From the NCBI GenBank assembly GCA_028534125.1, contig CM052817.1, forward strand, positions 63,676,001-63,740,000: a stretch of DNA of 64,000 bases. Direction: 5' to 3'. The DNA comes from Lama glama (lineage: Eukaryota). Both the position numbers and the translations under genes were made by a program. Each line of letters opens with the position of its first letter. Position 1 is the stretch's first letter. This document shows, piece after piece, positions 52,786-64,000 of this stretch. The notes under the pieces are model-generated. The model was not told where the DNA came from. It searched no databases and worked only from the letters and a program-made list of their open reading frames with translations.

Positions 52786-52941
52786 TTGAAATAGCTGGCA
52801 GAATTATTTGTTTTATTTCCTACTTCAGTTTTAACAGCATATCCATCACTGATGTTGCTACAATATTGCATATTAGTTTTTTAAAGAGCAGAAATTATGC
52901 TATTCTTCATGTCAATGTAGTCTCATAATCCCCTGTCATAT
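52786..52941 (-). pseudogene. Candidate exon (156 bp, phase 2-2), end of TIR-A plus linker
   Basis: cctttttgcttattctattaag|A TAT GAC...TTC AA|gtgagt; 'YDRGL*DYIDMKNSIISAL*KTNMQYCSNISDGYAVKTEVGNKTNNSASYF'; AA|C joins exon 49741 in frame. Confidence 0.55.
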
Positions 52942-53409
52942 CTTAATAGAATAAGCAAAAAGGAACACACTTTAAGACCAACTAGTTGATGCAAAGCTAG
53001 AACTCAAATTTAGGGTATACCTTCTTCTCTAGTTTTTAAGTAACATTTGTCATTATTCCGTATTTTTAAGATGACTCATTTGGGGGCAATCACGAAAGCT
53101 ACATGGATGTATATCTTAATATATAAGATCAGTTTTCTAGAGGTGGTGGTTGCAGTAGTCACATATTAAAAATCCTCAGGACTATTCATAGAACCAGCAA
53201 GAATAGCCTCTGCCTGATGTTCTGTGCTTAGAGACCATGTGCATCCAAACTCACAAAGATAAATGTGTTAAAGGATGCAGGAATGTCCTGGTCACTGAGA
53301 TGCAGTACTCGGTACAGGCACAACATGACCCATTACATTACAAATCCACTTCTAGGAGTAACATCATTTATACTATACAAACAGTTTATATATATATACA
53401 TATATATAT

Positions 53410-54895
53410 ATAGTTTACAAATATTTTCTCCCATTCTGAGGTTATCTGTTCAATCTGTTATCTGCCCCTTTGTTGTTCAGAAACTTTTTGGTTTGATGTA
53501 GTTCCACTTGTCTATTTTTGTTTTTGTTGTCAGTGCTTTTGGTGTCATATCCAAAAAATCACTGCCAAGAGCAATATCAAAAAGCATTTCTCCATATTTT
53601 CCTCTATAAGTTTTATGATATGGGATCTTATGTTTATATCTTTAATCTATGTTAGTTGATTTTTGTATATGGTAAGAGATAAGAGTCCAATTTCATTCTT
53701 CTGCATGTGGCTGTCCAGTTTTCCCAACACCATGGATTGAAGAGACTATCACTTCCCCATTGTTAAAGACATCACAAAAGAAGAAAACTACTGGCCAAAT
53801 TTCTATGCAATAGTCCACAAAATACAAGCAAACTCAATACAATAGCACATTATAAGGATTATAGACCATAAACAGGTGGGATTTACCCCTGGGATGCAAG
53901 GATGATTCAGTATATGCAGATCAATCAACGTTATTATCAGAATGAAAGACAAAAAACACATGATCATCTCAACAGATGCCAAAAAGAATTTGATAATTCA
54001 GTATCCATTTATGGTAAAAGTTCTCAGTAAAACAGGTATAGAGGGAACTTGCCTCAAAATAACAAAGGCCACATAATAAAATTCCATAGGTAATATCATA
54101 CCAAATGAGGAAAAACTGAAAGTTTTCCTGAATATCTGGCTGTAAGGCAAGGAAGCTCACTTTTGCCACTCTTTTCAACATAGTGCTGGAACCAGCCAAG
54201 AAAAAAAAAAAAGTATCCAAATTGGAAATACAGAAGAAAAATTATCTCTGTTTGCAGATGACATGATCATATATATAGAAAAGCTTAGACTTAACAAAAA
54301 GCTGTTAGACTAATAAAAGAACTCAAAGTTGCAGGATACAAAATCAGTGGTTTTTCTATATCCTAACAACAAATTATTTGAAAAGTAAGTTAAGAAAACA
54401 ATCCCATTCACAATAATGAATAAAAATACTTAGTAATAAACGTAACCAAAGAGGTGAAAATTAAAAATTTTCACAATAAATTATAAAACATTGATGAAGG
54501 AAATTAAGAAAAACAGATAAATGGAAAGACATCCCATGCTCATGGATTAGAATAATTAACTGTTAAAATGTCCATACTACCTAAAGTGACCTACAGATGC
54601 AATACAATCTCTACCAAAATTCCAATGGAATTCTTTACAGAAATAGGAAAAACAATCCTAAAATTCATACAAAACCACAACAGACTCTAAATAGTCAAAT
54701 CAATCCTGAGGAAGAAGAACAAAGCTGGAGGCATCACACTTCCTGGTTTCAAAAGTATATTGCAAAGCTACAGTAATCAAAACAGTATGGTATTAACATA
54801 AAAACAGACACATAGACCAATGGAACAGATTAGAGCCCAAAAATAAGTCCACACATTTGCTATCAACTGATCTTTCACAAGGGTGCCAAGAACAC
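53410..54895 (-). mobile_element. L1 ORF2 with 5' inversion (sense part 53763 to ~53410 on minus; inverted part 53764-54895)
   Basis: The plus piece ends 'caagggtgccaagaacac'; the minus piece starts with the L1 continuation 'acaatggggaagtgatagtctcttcaat'. Confidence 0.85.
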
Positions 54896-55444
54896 GAATG
54901 CAATAGAATTTTACATAACAAGGCATCATTTTCAGTACCACAGAGCATCTCTTTTTCTCTATTCTCTTTATATGCCACTAATTGGCATGTTCCTCACAAT
55001 AGCTTCAGGTTACATGGTGGCACACAACATTTTGTAGTATTAACAACTCATATTACTCTTAAATATGTACATATGTGACATAACATGCAGCAGCTTGAAA
55101 TTATTTCTTTATATTGGCAACTACATGAACACTGAATTCTAGAATTGTGTATAGTTTCATTTTTATAAAAATATTTTAAATGATTTAATTAGATTTTCAT
55201 ATTATTAAATAAAAATTTCAGCTCTATGTTTAAATTTTGATATTCACTAGTTATGTTGTATTTGTATTTCAATTTTAATAACTTGAACATTTTAGAATAC
55301 AATTTTTATTTTAATTTAAAATTTTAGAAGAAAAACATTTCTGAAAATATACATGAAAAATAATTTTAGTAATTTCACAGTTATTTTAAAATTCTGAAAA
55401 TATATAACCATATTTAATATGCTTTTAACTTTAAAAAGACTTTT

Positions 55445-55593
55445 GTGGGGGAGACAATTAGGTAGGTAGATAGGTAGGTATATGTATGTATGGATGGATG
55501 GATTTATTTATTTTAATGGAGGTACTGGGGATTGAACCTAGTACCTCCTGCATGCTAAGCACATACTCTACCACTGAGCTATACTCTCCTCAC
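55445..55593 (-). mobile_element. tRNA-derived SINE, camelid type (Vic-1-like)
   Basis: Minus strand 'gtatagctcagtggtagagtatgtgcttagcatgcaggaggtactaggttcaatccccagtacctccattaaaataaataaa'; A box TAGCTCAGTGG, B box GGTTCAATCCC, simple-repeat tail. Confidence 0.85.
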
Positions 55594-56036
55594 CAGTATC
55601 CTTTTTAATACAATTACCATGTATTTTACATTCCTAACTTAAATCATTACTATCAAGAGAACAAAATTATTCAAAAGATCTTGATTGTAACATCATTAGT
55701 GACTTTGCTGAAATGAAAACAAGAAAAATAAATTTAATGGAATAAAGGTGTAATGATTTTGAATTACATGTCTTTATTAGTCACGCAAACTCTGCTGATC
55801 AATCATCAGTTCACTCTGGTAGGCATCTTTGATATTCAGCGACTCCAAAACATAAAAGCCACAGCTTTACACATACTTTTCTTAATTTTGTGGTTATAAA
55901 AGTATATCTTTTAAGACAGGATGATAAAACATATTGAATTCAAAAATTCATTAGCTTGATACATAATTCAGTCAACCTTTATCTATTCTTTGACTAATCA
56001 ATCACTACGTGGTTTACCTACAGATTTTAGCTTTAC

Positions 56037-56127
56037 CAGATTTTCGATGTGAACTCAAAGTATTACTTCAGTCAGTCCAACTTACTGTCACTTATTTTCA
56101 TGATATTCCATGAAAGCTGAGTTGTAC
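56037..56127 (-). pseudogene. Candidate exon, TIR-A box-1 region
   Basis: ctaactgataaattttag|G TAC...CTG|gtaaag; 'YNSAFMEYHENK*Q*VGLTEVIL*VHIENL', followed ~60 bp on by 'ELCIKLMNF'. Confidence 0.33.
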
Positions 56128-58709
56128 CTAAAATTTATCAGTTAGGTCATCTGTAAGGGTACTGTTATTTTAAGGAACAACTTGGAAGGCAAACTAACTA
56201 AAATAACAAAAACTTCCAGTATGAACATCTGTTAGTTTTCAATTTGTGTTTGTGTAGCAAAGCAAGGAGGCACCACGTAAACTGCTCCATACTGTGGGAG
56301 AAATGTGGTCAAAGCTGCTTCTTCAGAAGATGTGACTAGCAGAAAATGACGAGATACCACAGGAAGAACATACATAATCTGTTTAATTTTTCCTTTTCAA
56401 GATGGATTTTTTCATGATGATGGATTAGTCTAAAAAGTCCAGACTTTATTACACTTTATAGATTAGGTTTCCAACAATCAGAATGCCAATATTTTGAAAT
56501 AACAGAATATCTGCTGTAATATGCTTTGATAGTTGGGTCAATACTAAATATGATATATGCCTGCAATATTTAAATTTGGGATTTTGTTTTTAAGGAAAAA
56601 TGTACAATAAATTTCACTCATTGTCTTCAAGTACATGCATTAATAACTTCACAACACTAGCTCCAAATATATTAAGTAGAACTGAAAACTAGTGAGAGAA
56701 GCAAGATCAAGCAGAATGAACCATGCTTGTATCAATATGTAGAAAATATGCCATATGTTAGTCAAAAAAACAAGAAACAAAAAACAGGATGGCTTGGCAG
56801 ACTGCAGGGAAATGGGGTATACGTGGGAGGACAACTGCCAGGAAATAGACCCCTGAAACACCTTTCACGGCAGCGTAAGTTGTAGAGCAACTGCACCAGC
56901 AATATTACTGGAACAAAGTCTAGCCTTTTCATAGAATGTAAAACAGTAAAGGGCATCTCAGCAGCACTTATATTTCCCAGATAACGAGAAAGATACCAAC
57001 AGGAACTGGGTACCAGACTCGACTAAGAAAACATGAACATTAATAGGACCTGTTGTATTATTGCACAGAGTTCTTGACCAGAAGACTATGTAGAGGACTG
57101 CTTCTTCTAACAAATTAAATTTTCTTTAAAAAAATCACTAGATCAGATATTCTTGCATACACATAAATATGTATGTAAATATGTACTTACTAAACCTAAA
57201 CTTTAAAATATCAGAGACTGTTGTAACCAGTGGGCATATTAAGGAACTATACACACACATTCAAAGTAAATACACATACTTCAGAAACAACATTTTAAAA
57301 GTATAAATCCTAGAGTTTTCTGTCCCTATTATCCACACGCTCTTCTTCTACTCACTTGACTAGGCATTCTATGTTCCTTGGGGAGGAACAAATTAGCAGG
57401 AAAACAATGAATTAATAGATACTGAAAGAAATTATCTGTTTTAATACTGGCATAACCCACATAAAGAAAATCTCTTTGAAGTCCTCAATAGCTTTTATGA
57501 GTGTGAAGTGTTTGGTGACCAAAATATTTGGGAATCACAGCTAGAAACCAATGCGGTTCCAGATCTCTACTTATATGGTGCTGAAGAGGGCCTGTTAGAG
57601 GGCGCTCATCAAAGAATTTATTCATTAACCATTTATATATGCACAACAAACATCAAAGTCACTTCAGTGTATGAGTGACATTTTAATTGTTGTTTAATTT
57701 GTACATATGGGAGCTCTGGACTAACTACTGCAAATCATTTAAAGACAAAATTATAGCTTAATCCAAGGTTTTCTTGCTTCATTTACAAAAGTTAACTTTA
57801 GATCCCTACAGAACTGAGGAGGGATCTACTACATAAAAAGAAGTAAAGTTGTCTTCTAGGATGTCTCTCATAAGGCAGTGAGTTCTTACATACTCTTGGA
57901 CTTCACGTCAGCTCATGAAGCTTATTGGAAAGTTTGGGGATGAATTATCTTTTATACTTCTGCAGTATTTCAGATAAAGCTTTATCTGCATGATAAGAAG
58001 AAGAAAAGAAAAGTTTTTTGGTCCACTACATATACCTTATAGGTACCAAAGTCAGTTCAGGGATATGATAATGATTATTTTTGGCTTCTGAACAGTTTAC
58101 CTAGAGTACTAGACATGACCCCCCTTGTTTTATATAATAAATAGTAAATAGGGAGAAAATGTTGCGAAGGCTTAACTGACCTAGTGGACACACATTTAAC
58201 AGAACTGGAAGAATAAGCTATCGCACACTAGTGCACATTCTGTTAACTCGTGACAGAACACATTTATCATATCCCAACAACAATTCATCATAATATGGTT
58301 CCTTTTGGCCTTTGACCAGTAATTTGGACATGATCCTCCTAAGGGAGCAGAGCATTTGTAGATGAGGCTTCATATTATATTGATGGATTTGTTAAATTAT
58401 GTTTCACCTAGAAGGTATTGAGCAATTGAGCTTCTAAGATTCACCCCCAACCCTCCTTGACAAGAGCTTCCATGTACTTTATCACATACAACTACCAGAA
58501 CTAGAATACTGCAATTATCCTATCGGAATTAAAGCAGAATGTAACACATGGTATTAGGGACCTCTTAAACACCTCTCAGCATGGATGAAAATAGGGTGTC
58601 CTTTACTCTTATTCTCTCGTGAAATACATCTACTAAATAATGGCAACATTCCCAGATGTGGGGATATTGGTATAATTGTTCAATCCAAAGACAGAGCAAG
58701 TAAGATCAG

Positions 58710-58905
58710 GTTAAAAGATTTATTGAGCACTTTCTGGGTCGGGCATGATGCCAAGTATTTTACATCTATTTTGTCATGTGATCTCCAGAAAAACTTTATA
58801 AGGGGTTTACTGTCATCATCCCAATTTTATAGGTGAGGAAATAGAGGTTCAAAAAGGTTAAATAAATTGCCCTAAATCACAAAATTAGTAAATGGAAGAG
58901 GCTGG
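58710..58905 (-). mobile_element. MIR SINE
   Basis: 'atttattgagcactttctgggtcgggca...cccaattttataggtgaggaaatagaggttcaaaaaggttaaataaattgccctaaatcaca'. Confidence 0.8.
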
Positions 58906-59314
58906 GTAGTTCACTTTTTCAATTACAATTATTTCATAGATCAACCAACATACATAATAATTCATTACCAATATTCCAACAATGAGATTTCTTTGGATTA
59001 GGGATTCACATTCCAGATGAGAACCATGAAACAAACTTGGCCAAGCTACTTAAAACAACAGCACACAATTTGGATGGAAAGATTATTCTCTGAAACAATT
59101 TCATGAAATATTTCTATGAAGCCAAAAATGACTTAAACCTCTATCTATTATTAAAGTGATGAAAGAAAGCCTAGATAAAATCTATTCATCACTAGTCCAA
59201 ATACAACAAGAATTCCTTAGTTAAACTGTCATTCTTGACAGTTTAGGAAAACAATAATAATATAGGGAGTTTAGTGTAGTGAGAGCAAAACAAAACAAAC
59301 ACAAATGTTAGCTT

Positions 59315-59720
59315 TGACATTCTGGAAAAAGCAAAATTCTTGAGACAGCTAAAGGATCTGGTTGACAAGTTAGGAGAGAGGGTAGAACGAGTACGTAGAG
59401 CATGGAAGATTTTTAGGACAGTGAAACTACTCTGTATGAGACTATAAGGGTGGGTACGTGTGATCATAAATTGGTCTAAGCCCACAGAGTACACAACACC
59501 AAGAGCGAACTCTACTGTAGACTATGGACTCTGGCTGACAGTGATGTGTTAATGTAGGCTCATCAATTACAAAAAAAAATGTAGCACTCTGGTGGCGGAT
59601 ATTGATAATAATGGAGGCTATGCATATATGGGGGCAAGGAATTTATGGAAGATATCTAAACTCTCTGCTCAAATTTTGCTGTAACCCTGAAAGTGCTCAA
59701 AAAATAAAGTCTATTAAAAA
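59315..59720 (+). mobile_element. L1MC1-like 3'UTR
   Basis: 'acattctggaaaaagcaaaa...ttttaggacagtgaaactactctgtatga...agtacacaacaccaagagcgaactc...aaaaataaagtctattaaaaa'. Confidence 0.85.
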
Positions 59721-60007
59721 GTACAGGGAAGAAGATTCAAGATGTGCAGGACTTAAAGTAGGAAAATTTTAAGGATTTGAAATAGTAGGCATGGTTTTCT
59801 TGTCATTCTAAGACAGTCTTATCCACCTAAGGTAGATATTTCTCAAGAGCTGATAAATATGAGTTGTTAATGAATCCTAAACTAAATACATAAATAAAAT
59901 CAAAATCTAATGTATTAAGTGCTCATGTAAAAACACTATGCTAAAATGCTCTCTATAAAACAATAGGGATTTATTTCATAGTATTCTCTACCTGGTTTTG
60001 TTTTAAA

Positions 60008-60077
60008 TTATATATATATATATACACACAACTTGTACATACATACACACACACACACACACATATATATATACACA
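60008..60077. repeat. Compound (TA)n/(CA)n microsatellite
   Basis: Directly visible dinucleotide runs. Confidence 0.9.
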
Positions 60078-60149
60078 TCAGTTACAAGTACTATCTCTAA
60101 AACTCGCTATAACGTTAGCTCAAAAATTCAACACATGTAAATTAACACC

Positions 60150-60730
60150 TGTTACAGTTTCTAACACTATGTAACAAATTAACCCAAAACGTAGTGACTT
60201 AAAAAAACATTTATTAAACCCCTGGGTGCTATGGATCCAAAACTTGGGTAAGGTAGGATCTGTCTCTATTACATCTCAACTAGGAAAATTTGAAGCTGAG
60301 GCTCATTTGTCAGCTAGAGGCTGGAATCATCCAAGTCTCGTTCACTCACATATCTAGTGCCTGGGAAGGAATAACTCAAAGACTAGGACTGTGGACTGGA
60401 GTGTGTGTGTGTGTGCACGTACATACACACACACACACACCCCTTCCATGTGTCTTCACTTCCTCCCAGAATGCTGATCTCAAGGTAATCAGACTGCTTG
60501 TATGGGATCTTTGGACTCCAAACACAAACATCCCAGAGGAAAAAGTAAAAGCTGCATCACCTTTGAAGACCTGACCTCTGAACTCATGCACTGTAATTTC
60601 TGCTATAGTCTGGTGGCTATAAACAATTCAGAAGCCTAAATTGGAAAGAGTATCCAGGAAGATGCACACCCCCTATAACCTGAAGGAAGTGTGAAAGGAT
60701 ATGTGGCAATTCTTCTTCATTTCCATACCA
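60150..60730 (-). mobile_element. MaLR LTR (MLT1H-like) with internal (TG)/(CA) repeat
   Basis: 'tatgtaacaaattaacccaaaacgtagtgacttaaaa...ctagaggctggaatcatcc...ttcactcacatatctagtgcctggg'. Confidence 0.7.
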
Positions 60731-61319
60731 TCTAAAGCACTGCTGTCATGAAAACAGCAGCCTCTACTTTCAGATGCACTGGTTAAGCCTACTTTTTCTC
60801 AGGAAATTATTATTTCTCCTGGAGTATTTAAGCATTTTAACCTCATTTTTCCATCATCTTTATATATTCTCTTTCTTGATTGGCTGTAGTGCCTCTTGTA
60901 ACTTCCATTACATTCTCACCTGGGGACCTTCCCCTAAATTTATTACTTTGATCACTATCCCATCATCTTAATAATTACTTCAATTACTTCTCTCTTCAGC
61001 ATTCCATTAATATACGTTAATATAATATTTGCCTAATACTTTAGCTATAATAAAAATATGTAAAGAATGTTTTAATAATTCTATTACATTTCTAAGTTTT
61101 GCAGCTGACCTTCTAATCTCGCCCATCTATATTCTAATGGACTTGTAAGACTTGCATGCTAAGACTGAACTCTCAGTTCTTTTCTTCTCCCATATTCTCA
61201 TTCATTCTCAAAGCACCAACTATGACTTCCACGTCAAAAGTCTCTCTACTTGTCCGTAAAATGCTCCATAGCAGTTAATCAACAGAACAAATGAAACTTG
61301 TAAGCCACTAAGTCCACAC

Positions 61320-61580
61320 CACTGATTCTCAAACTATCTGTGGTTGAAGACTCATGTTTTAAAATTTACAGTCCACGTTGCAGACCAAAATTCTTAGAAA
61401 ATAACAATAAAGTGAACTAACAGAAAGAAAAACCATGCCCTTAGATTTGAAAGCAATGCCAAATTGCTATTAAAGTTGCTAAATAATAGCTTCAATATCC
61501 ATTCCCATCTGGTCATGGACTGGTAATAAAGAGTTCACCCACCAGCATGGGTCCTCACATTATGCTTCAAAGAACAGTGT
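61320..61580. mobile_element. hAT-Charlie element (MER119-like) inside an L2 remnant (~60730-61670)
   Basis: Starts 'cactgattctcaaactatctgtggttgaagac', ends 'aagaacagtg'; flanks resemble decayed L2. Confidence 0.6.
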
Positions 61581-63384
61581 TCTCAACAGTCCTGTTAAGG
61601 CCTTCTCTAATTGTTGAACATTCCTTAGCAAACAGGTGTTACTACTTGGTTTCCACAGTTCCACAGCCTAGTTTATATTAGAAGGTAACTATTTTTTTTA
61701 AATGAAGAAAATAATTAGCTAGGAATAAAGAAATAGCTATCTCACATTCAAACATCTAAATATAACTTGAAAAATCAATATATCAGAGGAGAAAGTAAAT
61801 TAAATAACAAAGAATAACAGAAAAAATAGATTTTAAATTATCACAAAGTTGGAAGTGAATGAAAATCAAACTTATAGGACAAGTAATAGTAATAACAAAT
61901 AATGATAAAATAATAATTTTGAACATGATGATTTTCTTCATTTTCATTTTGCAAAATATCTACTCTGGGGAACACAATTTTACTACTTTTTAATTTAAAA
62001 TATAATTCAATCTACTTTAATGGCATTTAACAATTTTGAGCTCATTGGCTTTATTTTAGAGCCTGATGAAAGCTAAATACAAATTCAAACATACAATATT
62101 TCACATTTAATTTCATGGACTTTTAAAAATTCTTAGATCACTGATTAAGAATCCTTCACAAAGTTACAAGTAAAAACTTTTTATAAGTTCAAAAATGATT
62201 TAACTTTTAAATTGTGAATTGTTACTTTGTTTTTTAGTGGAATGGTATTTAGACTTTGAAATAACAGACAAACTAATGTGCAAGTCTTCAGGAAAGTGAA
62301 TCTTTTATAGTTTACTAATTTTTCACATGGTCATTTTCTAGAATGCATTTGTATAAATTTTCTGTCATTCTGAATCACACCAAATGGGAACATAAATGTA
62401 TCTATCTCACAGTCTATCAGGATTATAAACTGAGATAAAGTAGGTAAAGTCAGCATATTTAATACTCAGTACATGTCACCCATTATTATCCTCATCATTA
62501 TTATATTAAGCTAAGAGCTCATGCTGGAAATAAAAACCCAGGCTTGAAAATGTGAAAATAGTATACAGGAGAAAGTAAAAGAAAATTAATAGAAATAAAC
62601 AAGTTTTTAAAAGACAAATAATTAGAGGTATCAAAAAATGAATTTAAAATTTTGTATCTTAAATCATTAATTCAATCAACTAATGTAGCATAAAAATTTT
62701 TAGTAAGATGGAACAGCGAACAATGGTGTCACAATTTTAAGTATTACATTTTATGAGATAAAAGGTAAACTTTTTTTGTATAGGACCTTTTTTTTTTACA
62801 ACCAGAACTTTTTATAGCTAAATTTAAAATTCCAGGAAAAAATAAATATTGAAAAATTTAGAATGTCATTAGCTCTAATACTGGAAATAATCACCATTAA
62901 AAACCCACAAGTCTTTGTCAATATTTCTGTATTATTAGCCCTTTTCTGGGAGCTATTCATTAAATCTGAGTAGTGTCAGTCTTCTTCCCTGTAGACCTGC
63001 TGATTCCTGGAATGTATCATTTGATGTTATTCCAAACAGCAGCCAAAAAAGACAAAACTAAAATGGTAAGAGAACCCTTGAAATATGGCAAACCCTTAAA
63101 GTTTGCCACTAATTCCATGGTTAATAGTCAAAACACCATGTTATTAGTTTAAATTGTTGATTACATAATGCATCCTCCATGTAAAATTTCCCGATGTTCT
63201 TACTAAAATAGCATATCATAAATTGAATAAACTTGTTTATATCTGTGAGTATACTTGATGTGACAGTAGGAAGTATACATACAGCTTAGTATATTCAGAT
63301 AGGAAAAGGGAAATAATAATTTTTATTATTAGGCATATAACTTACTAACCAGTACCATATAGCAGTCATTTTTGCAACTCTTCT

Positions 63385-63590
63385 TCATCCTTTATTTTAT
63401 TTAATCGTCATAAAACCTTTAAAATGTCACTACAATTATTGTTCCCATTTCATAAACAAAAAACCTGCACTTAGAAGGCTTAAGTATTATTTAAAGTTAC
63501 TCAGCCAAGCAGTAGATAACCAGGATTTAAGCTTGAAGTCTGTCTGATTCTAAAGCTCATGCTTTTAACCACAAAGCACATTGCCTTCCA
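63385..63590 (-). mobile_element. MIR SINE
   Basis: 'ttattgttcccatttcataaaca...ccaggatttaagcttgaagtctgtctgattctaaagctcatgcttttaaccac'. Confidence 0.75.
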
Positions 63591-63847
63591 CAAGGAGAAT
63601 GAAATTAATGACAATCTAACATGTGCCAGGCACTTTATATATTTTTTTAATTTTACAGATGAAGAAATTCACAAAGGTTAAGTTACTTATAAATGTTACA
63701 GTTCCAGAATTCTTTCTCTACTTCCCTGTATTTCTCAGAAGTATGGCCAATGGACCACTCATATCAAAGTCATCAGATGCTATTTTAAAAGTTAGGTTCT
63801 TGAGCTGTAGTTAGAGGTATAGATTTGATATATCTTGGGCATGGCAC

Positions 63848-64000
63848 TTTTTTTCAATTGAGGTATAGTTGACTTAAAATATTATATTAGTTTCAACTGT
63901 ACAACAGAGTGGTTTGACATTTTATAGATCATATTTCATATAAAGCTATTTTAAATATTGGCTATATTTCCTGTGGTATACAAGGATGAGTTATTTATTT
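63848..64000 (-). mobile_element. L1 3' end, continuing beyond the window
   Basis: 'ttttttcaattgaggtatagttgacttaaaatattatattagtttcaactgtacaaca...aatattggctatatttcctgtggtataca'. Confidence 0.85.

Larger units (their letters stand above)
13134..56127 (-). pseudogene. Putative ancient intron-containing pseudogene: 4-5 tandem TIR-like domains plus a multi-pass membrane domain (unnamed)
   Basis: Chain of same-strand GT-AG segments, mostly phase-compatible, with repeated TIR-like motifs in the correct order; many stops and frameshifts. The 5' end may lie further upstream. Confidence 0.6.

Noticed and set aside
55515..55590. tRNA gene
   Set aside because: The tRNA-like head runs into a SINE tail with simple repeats, so it is a SINE.
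533..63814. ORF-track entries as functional genes
   Set aside because: All are 181 aa or shorter; most are chance ORFs or lie within repeats. The informative ones (ERV pol, L1 ORF2, 15741-16040, 33249-33437, 44878-45162) are fragments of decayed elements.
1..64000. Prokaryotic or phage systems (operons, CRISPR arrays, defence islands)
   Set aside because: The sequence is mammalian (L1, L2, MIR, MaLR, CpG depletion); no regularly spaced direct repeats and no long ORFs.

Overview
AT-rich, CpG-poor mammalian genomic DNA, most likely a camelid (inferred from a camelid-type tRNA-derived SINE at ~55.45-55.59 kb and camelid/artiodactyl-type L1 3' ends). I find no intact protein-coding gene. A large part of the window is interspersed repeat: an old, env-less class I (ERV1) provirus on the minus strand (1092-7414; two LTRs, PBS, PPT, 4-bp TSD), many L1 pieces (nested, with TSDs, one twin-primed inversion), L2, MIR, MaLR/ERVL LTRs and hAT elements. 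The main unexplained signal is in the non-repetitive DNA. On the minus strand, about 12-15 GT-AG-bounded segments run from ~56.1 kb to ~13.1 kb, mostly with compatible splice phases. Read through stops and frameshifts, they give four to five tandem TIR-like domains followed by a multi-pass hydrophobic region. I interpret this as an ancient, heavily decayed intron-containing pseudogene of a multi-TIR membrane protein that I cannot name. This is a by-eye reconstruction and needs profile-HMM and synteny confirmation. Repeat subfamily names are from memory of consensus sequences and most boundaries are approximate.
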